A DNA stretch of 64,000 nt, taken from an uncultured Ectothiorhodospiraceae bacterium. Its GTDB lineage: Bacteria; Pseudomonadota; Gammaproteobacteria; UBA9214. This document shows, piece by piece, positions 35,217 to 45,748 of this stretch (position 1 is the stretch's first letter; each line of letters begins with the position of its first letter). The translations under genes and the position numbers were made by a program. The DNA is taken from the NCBI GenBank assembly GCA_947258515.1, contig CAMYIO010000013.1, positions 760-64,759 on the forward strand. Direction: 5' to 3'. The notes under the pieces were generated by a model that saw nothing but the letters and a program-made list of their open reading frames with translations, did no database searches and had not been told where the DNA came from.

Positions 35217-36149
35217 CATGAGGCGTTTATAGCGCGCCTCAACAAGTTCATCCGTTGCCTTGTTTTTCAGCGAATCAAGCGTCTTCATCAGCGACTGCTT
35301 GATATTTTCAGCCATGGCATCAACATCACGGTGCGCGCCTCCGAGTGGCTCCGCTATGACCTGGTCAACCAGTCCCAGTTCATACAAACGTCCCGAGGTA
35401 ATACCGAGCGCCTCGGCCGCTTCCGGTGCCTTTTCGGCACTCTTCCAGAGTATCGAGGCACAGCCCTCCGGAGAGATCACCGAGTAGGTGCTGTATTGCA
35501 ACATCATCGTCTGGTCACCGACACCAATCGCCAGTGCACCACCCGAACCGCCTTCACCGATCACGGTACAGATAATCGGAACCTGCAAGCGCGACATCAC
35601 CTGCAGGTTTTTGGCAATGGCTTCACTCTGACCCCGTTCTTCCGCACCGATGCCCGGGTAGGCACCGGGGGTATCGATGAATGTCAGCACCGGCAAGCCG
35701 AAGCGCTCGGCCATTTCCATCAGGCGCAGCGCCTTGCGGTAACCCTCGGGCCGCGGCATGCCGAAGTTACGCTGTAACTTTTCCCTGGTATCGCGCCCCT
35801 TTTGCTGCCCGATTACCATGACGGGTATATCGTCGAGCCTGGCAACACCACCGACGATCGCGTGATCGTCCGCAAAATGCCGGTCACCGTGAAGCTCCTC
35901 AAAATCGCTAAAGATGCGGATGATGTAATCCAGTGAATACGGTCGCTGCGGGTGACGCGCAAGCTGGGAAACCTGCCACGGCGTCAGGTTCGAGAAGATC
36001 GTTTCAGTCAGGGTAGAACTTTTCTCTTTTAGCTTGGCGATCTCGTCATTGATGTTGACGTCGGCGTCATCGCCGATATAGTTCAGCTCGTCAATCTTTG
36101 CTTCCAGCTCGGCAATCGGCTGTTCAAATTCAAGAAAATTAAGATTCAT
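35118..36149 (-). CDS. accA: acetyl-CoA carboxylase carboxyltransferase alpha subunit, with a 30-aa C-terminal tail encoded by repeat element A
   Basis: Collinear with AccA through ...ARYKRLMS. The tail [31 protein letters not shown] and the stop come from the element. Confidence 0.9.
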   Translation of the reverse strand: MNLNFLEFEQPIAELEAKIDELNYIGDDADVNINDEIAKLKEKSSTLTETIFSNLTPWQVSQLARHPQRPYSLDYIIRIFSDFEELHGDRHFADDHAIVGGVARLDDIPVMVIGQQKGRDTREKLQRNFGMPRPEGYRKALRLMEMAERFGLPVLTFIDTPGAYPGIGAEERGQSEAIAKNLQVMSRLQVPIICTVIGEGGSGGALAIGVGDQTMMLQYSTYSVISPEGCASILWKSAEKAPEAAEALGITSGRLYELGLVDQVIAEPLGGAHRDVDAMAENIKQSLMKTLDSLKNKATDELVEARYKRLMSRRIVGLRNEESGVFGPFSHQRSRLILSPTGS

Positions 36150-36202
36150 GGGTTATTCCGCAGGACGGGTACTGGCTGTTAAGGTACCATAAGTGCCGGT
36201 GC

Positions 36203-39200
36203 TCATACATACTCCACCGCGACACTGTCCTTGCCGGCCAGGTCACACAAGCGGTGTATCAGCTCATCGGAGGGATGCACCGCCCACTCTTCACCCAGTG
36301 TCACGCGCGCCTGCGCATCACCGCCGCTGTAATCAATACACACCGGGCAATGTCCCTCGCGAAACGGCTGCAGGATATCAGCCAGACTGCCAACAAAACC
36401 ATTGCCTGCCTGGCTTGACTCAACCCCCACCACCAGTCGCCGTGCATACAGGGCACGTGCCTGGTTGATGTCGTAAATACTCTGCGCCGTTACCTGGTAT
36501 GTACCGCTGAAATCGTCCAGCCCCAGCCCCCCCTGTATCACCAGTACCTTGTTCTTCGCCAGCATCGCCTGGTACTTGTCGTAGACATCGGGGAACACGC
36601 GCACGTCGATGCGTGCCGTGCGATCATCCAGCGTCAGGAACGCAATCCTGCCCCCCCGCTGGGTCTTGATGACACGCATGCTCATCACCAGACCGGCAAT
36701 GGTGACCGCGCGCTCATCGGAACCTCTCCGCCCCTTGTATTCCTTGTTTGCGGAGTTCGCGGCCGGCGCCGGTAGCGCACACAAGGCAGTCACCTCGGCA
36801 AGCTTGCCACTGATAATATTGGAGAGTTCCGTCTCGTAACGCGTTATCGGGTGACCGGTCAGGTACAGACCCAGTGCATCCATCTCGCCCTGCAAACGCT
36901 GCTCTTCCTCCCACTCGGGCAATACCTGCCTGCTGACCTGCAGGGGTGCGGCAGCCGTCGTTTCACCAAACAGGTCATTCTGGCCGGTATCGAGATTGCG
37001 ACTGTGCTGTTCTGCAAGTTTCAGTGCCTGATCAAGGTTCGCCAGCTGGGTGGCACGCGTCTCACCCAGCGAGTCCAGCGCCCCGGCCCGTATCAGTGCA
37101 TCGAACACGCGCCGGTTCACCTTGCGCAGATCAACGCGCTGACACAGATCAAACAGGTCGGCGAACTCGCCGCCCTGATTACGTTCTTCAATCATGCCTT
37201 CTATGGCGGCCTGGCCAACCCCCTTGATCGCCCCCAGGCCGTAGACCACGGTCGTCTGTGACAATACCGTGAACGCATACAGGGACCGATTGACATCCGG
37301 CGGCACGACCTGCAGCTTCATGTCACGACACTCGGCAATCAGGTGCACGATCTTGTCGGTGTTGTCCATGTCTGCGGACAGCACCGCCGCCATGAACGCC
37401 GCAGGATAATGCGCCTTCAACCATGCCGTCTGGTAGGACACCAGCGCATAGGCCGCCGAGTGGCTCTTGTTAAAACCGTAACCGGCAAATTTCTCCATCA
37501 GGTCGAAAATACCGCTGGCGACCTTTTCATCGACAGCGCGCTGTTTGGCGCCCTCGAGAAAGATGGAACGTTGCTTTGCCATTTCCTCGGCTTTTTTCTT
37601 GCCCATCGCACGCCGTAACATGTCAGCGCCACCGAGCGTGTAGCCGGCCAGCACCTGCGCAATCTTCATCACCTGTTCCTGGTAGAGAATGATGCCGTAG
37701 GTGGGCTTGAGGATGGGTTCCAGGTCAGGGTGCGGGTACTTGATCTGCGCGCCGTGTTTGCGTGCAATAAAATCGTCTACCATGCCGGACTGCAGCGGGC
37801 CGGGACGAAACAGCGCCACCAGTGCGACGATATCTTCAAAGGTATCCGGTTGCAGACGTCGAATCAGGTCCTTCATGCCGCTTGATTCCAGCTGGAACAC
37901 GGCCGTGGTCGATGATGCCTTGAGCAACTCGAATGCTGACCTGTCATCCAGCGGTATCGCATCTATATCGGTGTACGCGTCGCTGTCCGGCGCGACACCG
38001 GCATTTATTGTCTTCAGTGCCCAGTCAATGATGGTCAGCGTACGCAAACCGAGAAAGTCGAACTTGACCAGCCCGACGGCTTCGACATCATCCTTGTCGA
38101 ACTGGCTGACAAGTGCACCGCCACCCTGCTCGCAGTACAACGGCGTAAAATCGGTCAACTGCGAAGGCGCGATCACCACGCCACCGGCATGCTTGCCGGC
38201 ATTGCGCGCCAGGCCCTCCAGTGAACGTGCGAGATCGATCACGGTGCGCACGTCCTCGTCACTGTCATAGAGATCGCTGAATGCCGGCTCCTGTTGCAGC
38301 GCCTTGTCCAGAGTTATACCGATCTCAAACGGAATCATCTTGGCGATGCGGTCGACAAAACCGTAGGGATGTCCGAGTACGCGACCGACATCCCGCACCA
38401 CGGCCTTGGCAGCCATCGAGCCGTAGGTAATGATCTGGGACACCCGGTCGCGCCCGTAATGCCCGGCCACGTAGTCGATGACGCGATCGCGTCCTTCCAT
38501 GCAGAAGTCAACATCAAAATCCGGCATCGACACGCGTTCAGGGTTTAGAAACCGTTCGAACAGCAGGTCATAGCGAATCGGATCGAGGTCGGTAATCGTC
38601 AGGGCGTAGGCAACCAGTGAACCCGCACCGGAACCGCGACCCGGACCGACCGGAATCCCGTTCGCCTTCGCCCAGCGGATAAAGTCCGCAACGATCAGGA
38701 AGTAGCCGGGGAAGCCCATCTCCAGTATGACCTTGATCTCGAGATCCAGGCGTTGTGCGTATTTTTCCCGCTCGCGCTCGAGAGCTGCTGTATTGGAAGC
38801 AAAGATCTGCCGGAAACGCTGCTCCAGTCCCTCCTCTGCAAGTTTCTTGAAATAGCCCGCCATATCCATGCCTGCAGGCACCGGGAAGTCGGGCAGATAA
38901 TTGTTACCAAGCTCCAGTTCGATATTGCAGCGGCGTGCAATCTCAAGGCTATTTTCCAGCGCCTCGGGAATATCATGAAACAGTGCCTGCATTTCTTCCG
39001 CAGAGCGCAAATACTGCTGACTGGTAAATTCCCTGGAACGACGTGGATCATCCAGCGTGCGGCCTTCGTTAATGCAGACACGCGCCTCATGTGCTTCAAA
39101 GTCAGAGGCTTTAAGAAAGTGCACATCATTTGTGGCGACTACCGGCACCTCTGCAGTGGCGGCAAGGTCAATGGCCTTGTGCAGGTAGTTCTCATCGCCC

Positions 39201-39724
39201 GGGCGTCCGGTGCGTTGCAACTCGAGATAAAAACTGTCGGGAAACAGCAGTTGCCAGCGCTGCAGCAACTCACCCGCCAGTGCAATCTTGTTCGCCAGCA
39301 GCGCCTGACCGATGTCACCGGCGGTACCCCCCGAAAGCGCTATCAGGCCTGAAGAATGGCCCTCCAGCCAGTCAAGTTCCAGCACCGGTATACCGCGATG
39401 CTGGCCTTCCGTGTAGGTGCGCGATACCAGGCGTGTCAGATTCAGATAGCCGGCACGCGATTTACACAGCAGCACCAGGCGCGTTGGCGACGACCCGCTG
39501 CTGTTATCAGCCACCCACAGGTCGACACCGACAATGGGTTTGACGCCCGCTGCCATGGCGGCACGATAAAACTTCACCATGGAGAACAGGTTGCACTGGT
39601 CAGTGACAGCCACGGCAGGCATGCCGGCTTTAGCGACGCACTTGACCAGCGGTTTGACCCGCACGGTGCCATTCACCAGTGAATACTCGGTATGGACGTG
39701 CAGATGGACAAAGGCTGGTTGCAT
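36203..39724 (-). CDS. dnaE: DNA polymerase III alpha subunit
   Basis: PHP domain (HLHVHTEYS), polymerase core and OB domains. Start taken at MQPAFVHLHVHTEYS. Confidence 0.95.
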   Translation of the reverse strand: MQPAFVHLHVHTEYSLVNGTVRVKPLVKCVAKAGMPAVAVTDQCNLFSMVKFYRAAMAAGVKPIVGVDLWVADNSSGSSPTRLVLLCKSRAGYLNLTRLVSRTYTEGQHRGIPVLELDWLEGHSSGLIALSGGTAGDIGQALLANKIALAGELLQRWQLLFPDSFYLELQRTGRPGDENYLHKAIDLAATAEVPVVATNDVHFLKASDFEAHEARVCINEGRTLDDPRRSREFTSQQYLRSAEEMQALFHDIPEALENSLEIARRCNIELELGNNYLPDFPVPAGMDMAGYFKKLAEEGLEQRFRQIFASNTAALEREREKYAQRLDLEIKVILEMGFPGYFLIVADFIRWAKANGIPVGPGRGSGAGSLVAYALTITDLDPIRYDLLFERFLNPERVSMPDFDVDFCMEGRDRVIDYVAGHYGRDRVSQIITYGSMAAKAVVRDVGRVLGHPYGFVDRIAKMIPFEIGITLDKALQQEPAFSDLYDSDEDVRTVIDLARSLEGLARNAGKHAGGVVIAPSQLTDFTPLYCEQGGGALVSQFDKDDVEAVGLVKFDFLGLRTLTIIDWALKTINAGVAPDSDAYTDIDAIPLDDRSAFELLKASSTTAVFQLESSGMKDLIRRLQPDTFEDIVALVALFRPGPLQSGMVDDFIARKHGAQIKYPHPDLEPILKPTYGIILYQEQVMKIAQVLAGYTLGGADMLRRAMGKKKAEEMAKQRSIFLEGAKQRAVDEKVASGIFDLMEKFAGYGFNKSHSAAYALVSYQTAWLKAHYPAAFMAAVLSADMDNTDKIVHLIAECRDMKLQVVPPDVNRSLYAFTVLSQTTVVYGLGAIKGVGQAAIEGMIEERNQGGEFADLFDLCQRVDLRKVNRRVFDALIRAGALDSLGETRATQLANLDQALKLAEQHSRNLDTGQNDLFGETTAAAPLQVSRQVLPEWEEEQRLQGEMDALGLYLTGHPITRYETELSNIISGKLAEVTALCALPAPAANSANKEYKGRRGSDERAVTIAGLVMSMRVIKTQRGGRIAFLTLDDRTARIDVRVFPDVYDKYQAMLAKNKVLVIQGGLGLDDFSGTYQVTAQSIYDINQARALYARRLVVGVESSQAGNGFVGSLADILQPFREGHCPVCIDYSGGDAQARVTLGEEWAVHPSDELIHRLCDLAGKDSVAVEYV

Positions 39725-40009
39725 GAAAAAAGTTTCCGGGTTTATCAGGCTGGATTCAAGCCTTTCCCTACTCCTCAAATTTATATTAGTATAATTACGT
39801 ATCTGATTGTTTATCAAACACCTTATATCTTTACTTCACTGCCGCACGCCGGCTTCTGACACACCCGAAGGACAACGGGGTGGCACAATTCGAGCCGGCC
39901 ACACCGCGGCGGGCGGTCAGACAGTGAATACTGCCTGCATAGCCGGTTAAATTACAGGGTCCGGGTGACGATATATCGATTACCTCCAGTGAATTTTCCG
40001 GGATGAAAC

Positions 40010-41098
40010 ATGCGGCAGGTTATCAGTGACCAGAATAGTTCCATTCTTGACAAGGAGGAGTTAAAGGGCTTTGCACGCAGTATGGCCGAACTGCAGTGGC
40101 TGTTACTGATCCTCGTCATTCTGTATTTTTTCATACCCACCCGTCCAATTACCGACAGCGACAGCCTGATCATCACCATGGTCAGTTACTCCGTGTTTGT
40201 GTTGCTGTTTCGTTACATGAATTTCCAGTCACGTGAGACCCGTCTGAAACTCGCCGTTGAAACCTGGGTCATGATTGCCTTCATATCGATGGTGTTATCG
40301 TGTACCGGACAGGTCGAAAGCCCGTTGCTGAATCTCTACCTGCTGGTCATCATCGCCTGTGCCATCACACTCGGGAAAATCATGACGCTGCTGGAAGTCA
40401 TGCTGATCGCCTGCTGCTATCTCTACATGGGTTACCAGTCTTATTCGACCGGACTGTTTGCAGCGGAAACCTTCTCCATGTTAATGGCAAAGTTCTCGCC
40501 ATTCCTGCTGGTCGCCTATGTCACATCCATGCTGGCTTCCGACATTCTGCATGCAAAGCAGCGCATCACCCTGCTATCACAAACCGATGACCTCACCGGC
40601 CTGCTGAATATGCGGGCCTTCAATAACCTGCTGGAAAAGGAAATCACCCGGGTTACACGCTACTCGCAACCGTTTACCGTCGTCATGATCGATGTTGACG
40701 GTCTCAAAACCGTCAACGACCGGTACGGGCATACAACGGGCAGCCGCCTCATCAAGACCATCGCCCATTCAATCAACGAGAATATCAGGAACACGGACAT
40801 ACTGGCACGCTTCGGTGGTGACGAGTTTGTGGTACTGATGACGCATACCAGCACGGAACATGCACGCATGGCGGCAGAGCGCATCCGCGCTGCCATCCAC
40901 AACACCGCTTTCAACATGAATGGCAAGCGCATCGCCACCACGGTCAGCATCGGCATCGCCAGCTACCCCGACGGTGTCAGGGAAGCCGCCGAGGTACTCG
41001 ACAAGGCGGATATTGCGCTTTACAAGAGCAAGCAAACCGGTCGCGACCGGGTGACCTACTACAACGGGGAAGCTGAAGCAGTACCTGTCTACGCCTGA
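40010..41098 (+). CDS. membrane-anchored diguanylate cyclase (6 TM + GGDEF, I-site RNTD present)
   Basis: GGDEF motif ARFGGDEFVV. Low-GC (~47%) gene with AT-rich flanks inside a conserved operon. Confidence 0.88.
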   Translation: MRQVISDQNSSILDKEELKGFARSMAELQWLLLILVILYFFIPTRPITDSDSLIITMVSYSVFVLLFRYMNFQSRETRLKLAVETWVMIAFISMVLSCTGQVESPLLNLYLLVIIACAITLGKIMTLLEVMLIACCYLYMGYQSYSTGLFAAETFSMLMAKFSPFLLVAYVTSMLASDILHAKQRITLLSQTDDLTGLLNMRAFNNLLEKEITRVTRYSQPFTVVMIDVDGLKTVNDRYGHTTGSRLIKTIAHSINENIRNTDILARFGGDEFVVLMTHTSTEHARMAAERIRAAIHNTAFNMNGKRIATTVSIGIASYPDGVREAAEVLDKADIALYKSKQTGRDRVTYYNGEAEAVPVYA

Positions 41099-41190
41099 TC
41101 CATATACCCGATAAACGCTGTAATTTCTCCCGCAAAGACGCAAAGTTATAGTAATACACAGTGCCTTGTTGGCATCTTTGCCAAAATTAC

Positions 41191-41659
41191 TTACTGGATG
41201 AAAACAGGGTCACCTGTTGCAGCATTCTTCTGACCGGTGCATACGAGCGCCGATGCACGGGTGTCACACCCAGCTCTTGCAGCGCCTCGATATGTGCCTT
41301 GCTCGGGTAACCCTTGTGTTGCGCCAGCCCGTAACCCGGATACATTTTATCCAGCGCCTGCACCGCAACGCATCGACTGCACGCTGCATCGCCAGCAGTG
41401 TCGCCTGCAGGATATTGATACTGTCGATTTCCTCAACCGAGGCATATGCCACGGACCACGCCAGCGCCTTTTCCTGTATTTCACCAAACAGCACTTCACG
41501 ACGCGACGCGCTCAAACACTTCGAATCCTTCAAGCCATCAATCGGTTTTTCCGCATCCAGTATGACGGCCCCCGCAACCACCGGTCCGGCCAGCGGTCCC
41601 CTGCCCGCCTCATCAACACCGGCGACGCGTCCCGCGGGCATCACCACTTCATCATGCAT
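41191..41659 (-). pseudogene. rnhB: ribonuclease HII with internal out-of-frame deletion (~50 aa of catalytic core missing)
   Basis: N-terminal part [23 protein letters not shown]...[11 protein letters not shown] switches frame to [42 protein letters not shown]. The LIDGNR...ILAK block is absent. Confidence 0.75.
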
Positions 41660-41672
41660 GTGTGCTTGCCGA

Positions 41673-42836
41673 TCATTCATGTTCGCGCCCCACCAGTTCC
41701 AGCACGGCATCCGCAGCACAGCGGTTTGCATCGCGCCGCAGGTCATCGTGTATAGCAGAGAAGATGGCGGCCAGTTCCTGCGCACGTTGCGGGTTCTCGA
41801 TCAGTGCAAGTACCTCGCTGCCGAGTGCTTCCGCCGTAACTTCATCCTGAATCAGTTCTTTCACCAAAGGCCGGCCGGCCAGCAGGTTGGGCAGCGAATA
41901 GCAGCTGGTTTTTACCAGCATCCTGGCGATCCGGTAGGTCACCGGAGACAGCCGGTAGGCCACCACCATGGGACGCTTCAGCAACATGCATTCCAGCGTC
42001 GCGGTTCCGGATGCCAGCATCACGGCATTCGCCGCGGCCATGGCTTCCAGTCCCTGCCCGCTGAGCAGCGTAACAGGCAGGCGGGTTGCTATCCTTGACA
42101 GGATCTCGTCAAAGGCCAGCCGGCATTCATAATTGGCCAGCGGTATGACAAAGTGCAGGTCATCACGACGCTGGTAACACCAGACAGCGGCATTCAGCAG
42201 GTCCGCCGCCAGGCGTTTTACTTCGCCGACACGGCTGCCGGGAAGCAGTGCAACGACCGGGCCGTTATGCTCCAGTGATATTTGCCGCCGTGCCTGCTTC
42301 TGATCCACTTCATCAGCTATCAGGTCTGCCAGCGGATGCCCGACACAGCGTGCCGCTACCTGCCGCTGCGCATAGAACTGCTCTTCAAAGGGAAACAGGG
42401 TCAGCATGCAATCCACGCTCGCTGCAATCTTGCGTACCCGGTATTTACGCCAGGCCCAGACGGACGGGCTGACATAATGCAGTGTCGGAATAGCCGCACC
42501 CTTCAAGGCATGTTCAAGTCCCAGATTAAAATCCGGCGCGTCGACACCAATGAAAATATCGGGCGGGTTTTCAAGGAAATGGCGACGCAGCTGCCGGCGT
42601 ATGGACAGCAAGCGCGGCAGGTGTTTCACGACCTCGACCAGCCCCATGACGGACAGTTCCTGCATCGGAAACAGACTGTGACAGCCGGCATCTTGCATGC
42701 ATGGCCCGGCAATGCCTTCAAACACGGAGTCCGGCAGGCGTTCACGAATGGCCTTTATAAGGCCGGCCGCGAGATTGTCGCCGGATGCCTCACCGGCAAC
42801 AATAGCGACGCGGAGCGGTTGACTGCGCAAGGACAT
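41673..42836 (-). CDS. lpxB: lipid-A-disaccharide synthase
   Basis: Collinear with LpxB. lpxA-lpxB-rnhB order. Confidence 0.93.
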   Translation of the reverse strand: MSLRSQPLRVAIVAGEASGDNLAAGLIKAIRERLPDSVFEGIAGPCMQDAGCHSLFPMQELSVMGLVEVVKHLPRLLSIRRQLRRHFLENPPDIFIGVDAPDFNLGLEHALKGAAIPTLHYVSPSVWAWRKYRVRKIAASVDCMLTLFPFEEQFYAQRQVAARCVGHPLADLIADEVDQKQARRQISLEHNGPVVALLPGSRVGEVKRLAADLLNAAVWCYQRRDDLHFVIPLANYECRLAFDEILSRIATRLPVTLLSGQGLEAMAAANAVMLASGTATLECMLLKRPMVVAYRLSPVTYRIARMLVKTSCYSLPNLLAGRPLVKELIQDEVTAEALGSEVLALIENPQRAQELAAIFSAIHDDLRRDANRCAADAVLELVGREHE

Positions 42837-42859
42837 TCCGGAATACCGCCGAGCCGTGA

Positions 42860-43654
42860 CTAGCGGACTATGCCGCGCGAGCGAGTCTCAAGAAAAGAAA
42901 CCAGCACCTCCAGCTCGGCACACTCATGCATTCCGCCTTTCAGTTCCGCTATCGCATCCTGCAGGGAACGGTTTTCACGATAGAGCGTCTTGTAGGCCTG
43001 CTTCAGCGCCTTGCGCGCCGCTTCCGGAAAACCACGGCGGCGCAAGCCCTCCATATTGAGTCCATGCGGCCGCGCAGGACTGCCACCAACCGTCACGTAG
43101 GGTGGCACATCCATGCTGATACCCGAACCGTAGGCGGTCAGTGAATGTGGCCCCAGTGAACAAAACTGGTAAACCAGGGTGAAGCCACCGAGAATGACAT
43201 AATCACCCACAGTGACGTGCCCCGCGAGCGATGCATTGTTGGCGAAGATCGTATGGTTGCCCACCTGGCAGTCATGGGCTATATGAACGTATGCCATGAT
43301 CCAGTTGTCATCACCAACCCGCGTCACATCCTCATCCTGCGCGGTACCGCGATTAATGGTGACGAATTCGCGAATGGTGTTGCGATCACCAATCTCCAGG
43401 CGGGTCGGCTCACCTCCATACTTCATGTCCTGGGGGTCCTCGCCGATTGATGTAAACTGGTAGATGGTGTTGTCCCGGCCAATGCGGGTATGCCCCTTGA
43501 TAACCACATGCGGACCGATGCGTGTCCCTGCACCGATAGCAACGTTTGCCCCGATCACTGAATAGGGCCCGACACTGACGTTCCCGGCAATCTCTGCCCC
43601 CGGGTCTATTACCGCGGTTGCATCGATCAAGTGTTTATATCCTGTTCGGTGCAC
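42860..43654 (-). CDS. lpxA: UDP-N-acetylglucosamine O-acyltransferase
   Basis: Left-handed beta-helix hexapeptide repeats. Collinear with LpxA. Start may be a few codons inside the ORF. Confidence 0.93.
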   Translation of the reverse strand: MHRTGYKHLIDATAVIDPGAEIAGNVSVGPYSVIGANVAIGAGTRIGPHVVIKGHTRIGRDNTIYQFTSIGEDPQDMKYGGEPTRLEIGDRNTIREFVTINRGTAQDEDVTRVGDDNWIMAYVHIAHDCQVGNHTIFANNASLAGHVTVGDYVILGGFTLVYQFCSLGPHSLTAYGSGISMDVPPYVTVGGSPARPHGLNMEGLRRRGFPEAARKALKQAYKTLYRENRSLQDAIAELKGGMHECAELEVLVSFLETRSRGIVR

Positions 43655-44067
43655 ATAATCTCGGCCGTTGCCACCACCTTGTCATCGACCCTGGCCTCGC
43701 AGGAAAACACCCAGATACCGCGCTTCGCGCGTAACAGGTCAGCACGGAGCATGAGCTGGTCACCCGGTACAACCGGCTTCTTGAATCGTGCCTTGTCGAT
43801 ACCAACCAGGAAATACAGACTCTCGCGCTTCGCACCCCGCTCCACCGTTCGGAACGCCAGCAGGCCCGTGGCCTGCGCCATCGCTTCCAGTATCAGCACC
43901 CCCGGCATCACGGGATGTTCCGGAAAATGCCCCAGAAAGAACGGCTCGTTACAGGTGACATTCTTGTAGCCTGTCAGCGATTCTCCAGCCTTGAACTCCG
44001 TGACCCTGTCTACCAGTAAAAAAGGGTAACGGTGTGGCAGGTGTTGCATTATTTTTTGAATGTCCAT
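43627..44067 (-). CDS. fabZ: 3-hydroxyacyl-ACP dehydratase FabZ
   Basis: Start at MDIQKIMQHLPHRYPFLLVDRV. Hot-dog fold motif. Confidence 0.93.
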   Translation of the reverse strand: MDIQKIMQHLPHRYPFLLVDRVTEFKAGESLTGYKNVTCNEPFFLGHFPEHPVMPGVLILEAMAQATGLLAFRTVERGAKRESLYFLVGIDKARFKKPVVPGDQLMLRADLLRAKRGIWVFSCEARVDDKVVATAEIMCTEQDINT

Positions 44068-44125
44068 GTTCGCTCGTCGTAATCGTGAGGGTGACTGCCA
44101 GGTGCCGGGCACGCGGTGAAAGTTG

Positions 44126-45166
44126 CTATTTATTTTCCTGCCGTTTTTCAGCTGTAAAATTTCTTTCCAGCGAATGGACCTTGCGTGCCAGCTTGTCCAG
44201 TTGCCTGAAGCGGGCATAATTCCTGTTCCAGGCATCATTCTCCTGGGCCGGCACCCCTGATGAGTAGACTCCTGGCCTGGTGATCGATTTCGTTACCATT
44301 GTCATACCGGTAATGATGACATGATCGGCAATCTCAAGATGTCCGACAATTCCGGAACCTCCACCAATCATGCAATATTTTCCTATTCTGACACTGCCCG
44401 AGATGCCGACACACCCTGCGATAGCCGTGTGCGCGCCAATGTGAACATTATGCGCGACCTGTATCTGATTATCGAGCCTGACACCCTCCTCAAGCACGGT
44501 GTCCTCCAGTGCGCCACGATCGATGGTCGTATTGGCACCAATATCGACGTCATTACCAATCCTGACACTACCGAGTTGCGGCACATTCAGCCACCGGCCT
44601 GCTTCATTCGCCATCCCGAATCCATCACTGCCAATGACAGCACCTGCTGCAATCCTGACGCGTGCACCGATCGTAACCGCGTGACAGATCACCACATTGG
44701 CAGACAGTCTGCTGTCAGTACCGATAACACTGTCAGCACCGATAAAACAGCCAGCCGCCATTTGCACGCCGGCATTAATCACCGCCCCTTTTTCAATGAC
44801 ACAGTGGGGACCAACCCAGGCACTCGCAGCAACGCTGCACTCCGGATCGAGGCTGGCGCTGTTATGTATACCCTGCCTGACAGGCGCTGGCGGCGAAACA
44901 AGGGCGGCGACGCGCGCGTAGACCGCGTAGGGATTGGAGGAAACGATGGCAGCCGCCGGGTAAGTGGCCGCATCCTCGGGTGACAGGATGACTGCTGATG
45001 CACGGGTTATTTTCAAATACTTGCGGTATCTCGCATTCGCGAGGAAACTGATATCCCCCTCAGCCGCATGCTGCAGGGTTGCAACCCCGATAATCTCGCA
45101 GTCCGGGTCTGCATTCTGCAATTCCCCGCCGGCTTCCTCAGCCAGCTTACCCAGTGTCTGCGTCAT
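44126..45166 (-). CDS. lpxD: UDP-3-O-(3-hydroxyacyl)glucosamine N-acyltransferase
   Basis: Hexapeptide-repeat acyltransferase. Conserved position. Confidence 0.93.
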   Translation of the reverse strand: MTQTLGKLAEEAGGELQNADPDCEIIGVATLQHAAEGDISFLANARYRKYLKITRASAVILSPEDAATYPAAAIVSSNPYAVYARVAALVSPPAPVRQGIHNSASLDPECSVAASAWVGPHCVIEKGAVINAGVQMAAGCFIGADSVIGTDSRLSANVVICHAVTIGARVRIAAGAVIGSDGFGMANEAGRWLNVPQLGSVRIGNDVDIGANTTIDRGALEDTVLEEGVRLDNQIQVAHNVHIGAHTAIAGCVGISGSVRIGKYCMIGGGSGIVGHLEIADHVIITGMTMVTKSITRPGVYSSGVPAQENDAWNRNYARFRQLDKLARKVHSLERNFTAEKRQENK

Positions 45167-45205
45167 CTGGATACCGCCCTGTCAGCAGGCCGTCAAGCCG
45201 AAAGT

Positions 45206-45718
45206 TTACTTGCCAGTGAGCTTTTTCAGCACACTGTCTGTGATATCCACCTTGTCACTGGAATACACAACACCCTGGGTGAGAATGAGATCGAACTTCT
45301 GCTCCTTGCCGAGACTGACAACGGCCTCGTACATGTCCTTTTGCAGCTTTGCGAGCACCTCGTTGCGGCGAATGTTCAGGTCATCACGAAATTCATCCTG
45401 TGAGCGTTTCAGATCACGACGCTTGGCAAGAATATCGCGCTCGATCTTGCTGCGTTCTGACTCGCTCATGACAGTACCGTCGCGTGTCAGCTTGTCTTCC
45501 TTGGTCTTGATCTCGCGCTGTAGTGCAACCAGCTCCTTTTCCCTGGGTGTAAATTCGGATTCTATCTTGCTCTGCGCCGATTTCGCCTGCGGTGCCGCTT
45601 CCATCAGTTTGACGGTATCCACAAAACCGATCTTGACCTCCGCGAGCGACGCCCCGGAGTAAACGGAAAGCACTGACAGCAACGTAATATAAAGGATCGT
45701 CGAGCTAGTTTTTTTCAT
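45206..45718 (-). CDS. skp: periplasmic chaperone Skp (OmpH)
   Basis: Signal peptide plus a coiled-coil Skp-like sequence between lpxD and bamA. Confidence 0.9.
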   Translation of the reverse strand: MKKTSSTILYITLLSVLSVYSGASLAEVKIGFVDTVKLMEAAPQAKSAQSKIESEFTPREKELVALQREIKTKEDKLTRDGTVMSESERSKIERDILAKRRDLKRSQDEFRDDLNIRRNEVLAKLQKDMYEAVVSLGKEQKFDLILTQGVVYSSDKVDITDSVLKKLTGK

Positions 45719-45748
45719 GGTTTGTTCTCCACAACGTAATTACTACAA

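Noticed and set aside
36851-39682. Several long antisense ORFs inside dnaE, glnD (57003..59219), recJ (15419..16398), histidine kinase (4654..5403), tsf/rpsB (54266..55175), lpxD (44321..44983) and thrC (18073..19011)
   Set aside because: These are typical spurious open frames on the opposite strand of GC-rich genes. They have no homology and are fully contained in strongly supported CDSs.
41264-41785. ORF 41264..41785 as intact RNase HII
   Set aside because: The C-terminal 33 aa are frameshifted nonsense and the N-terminal 42 aa lie upstream of the likely start. The catalytic block is deleted.
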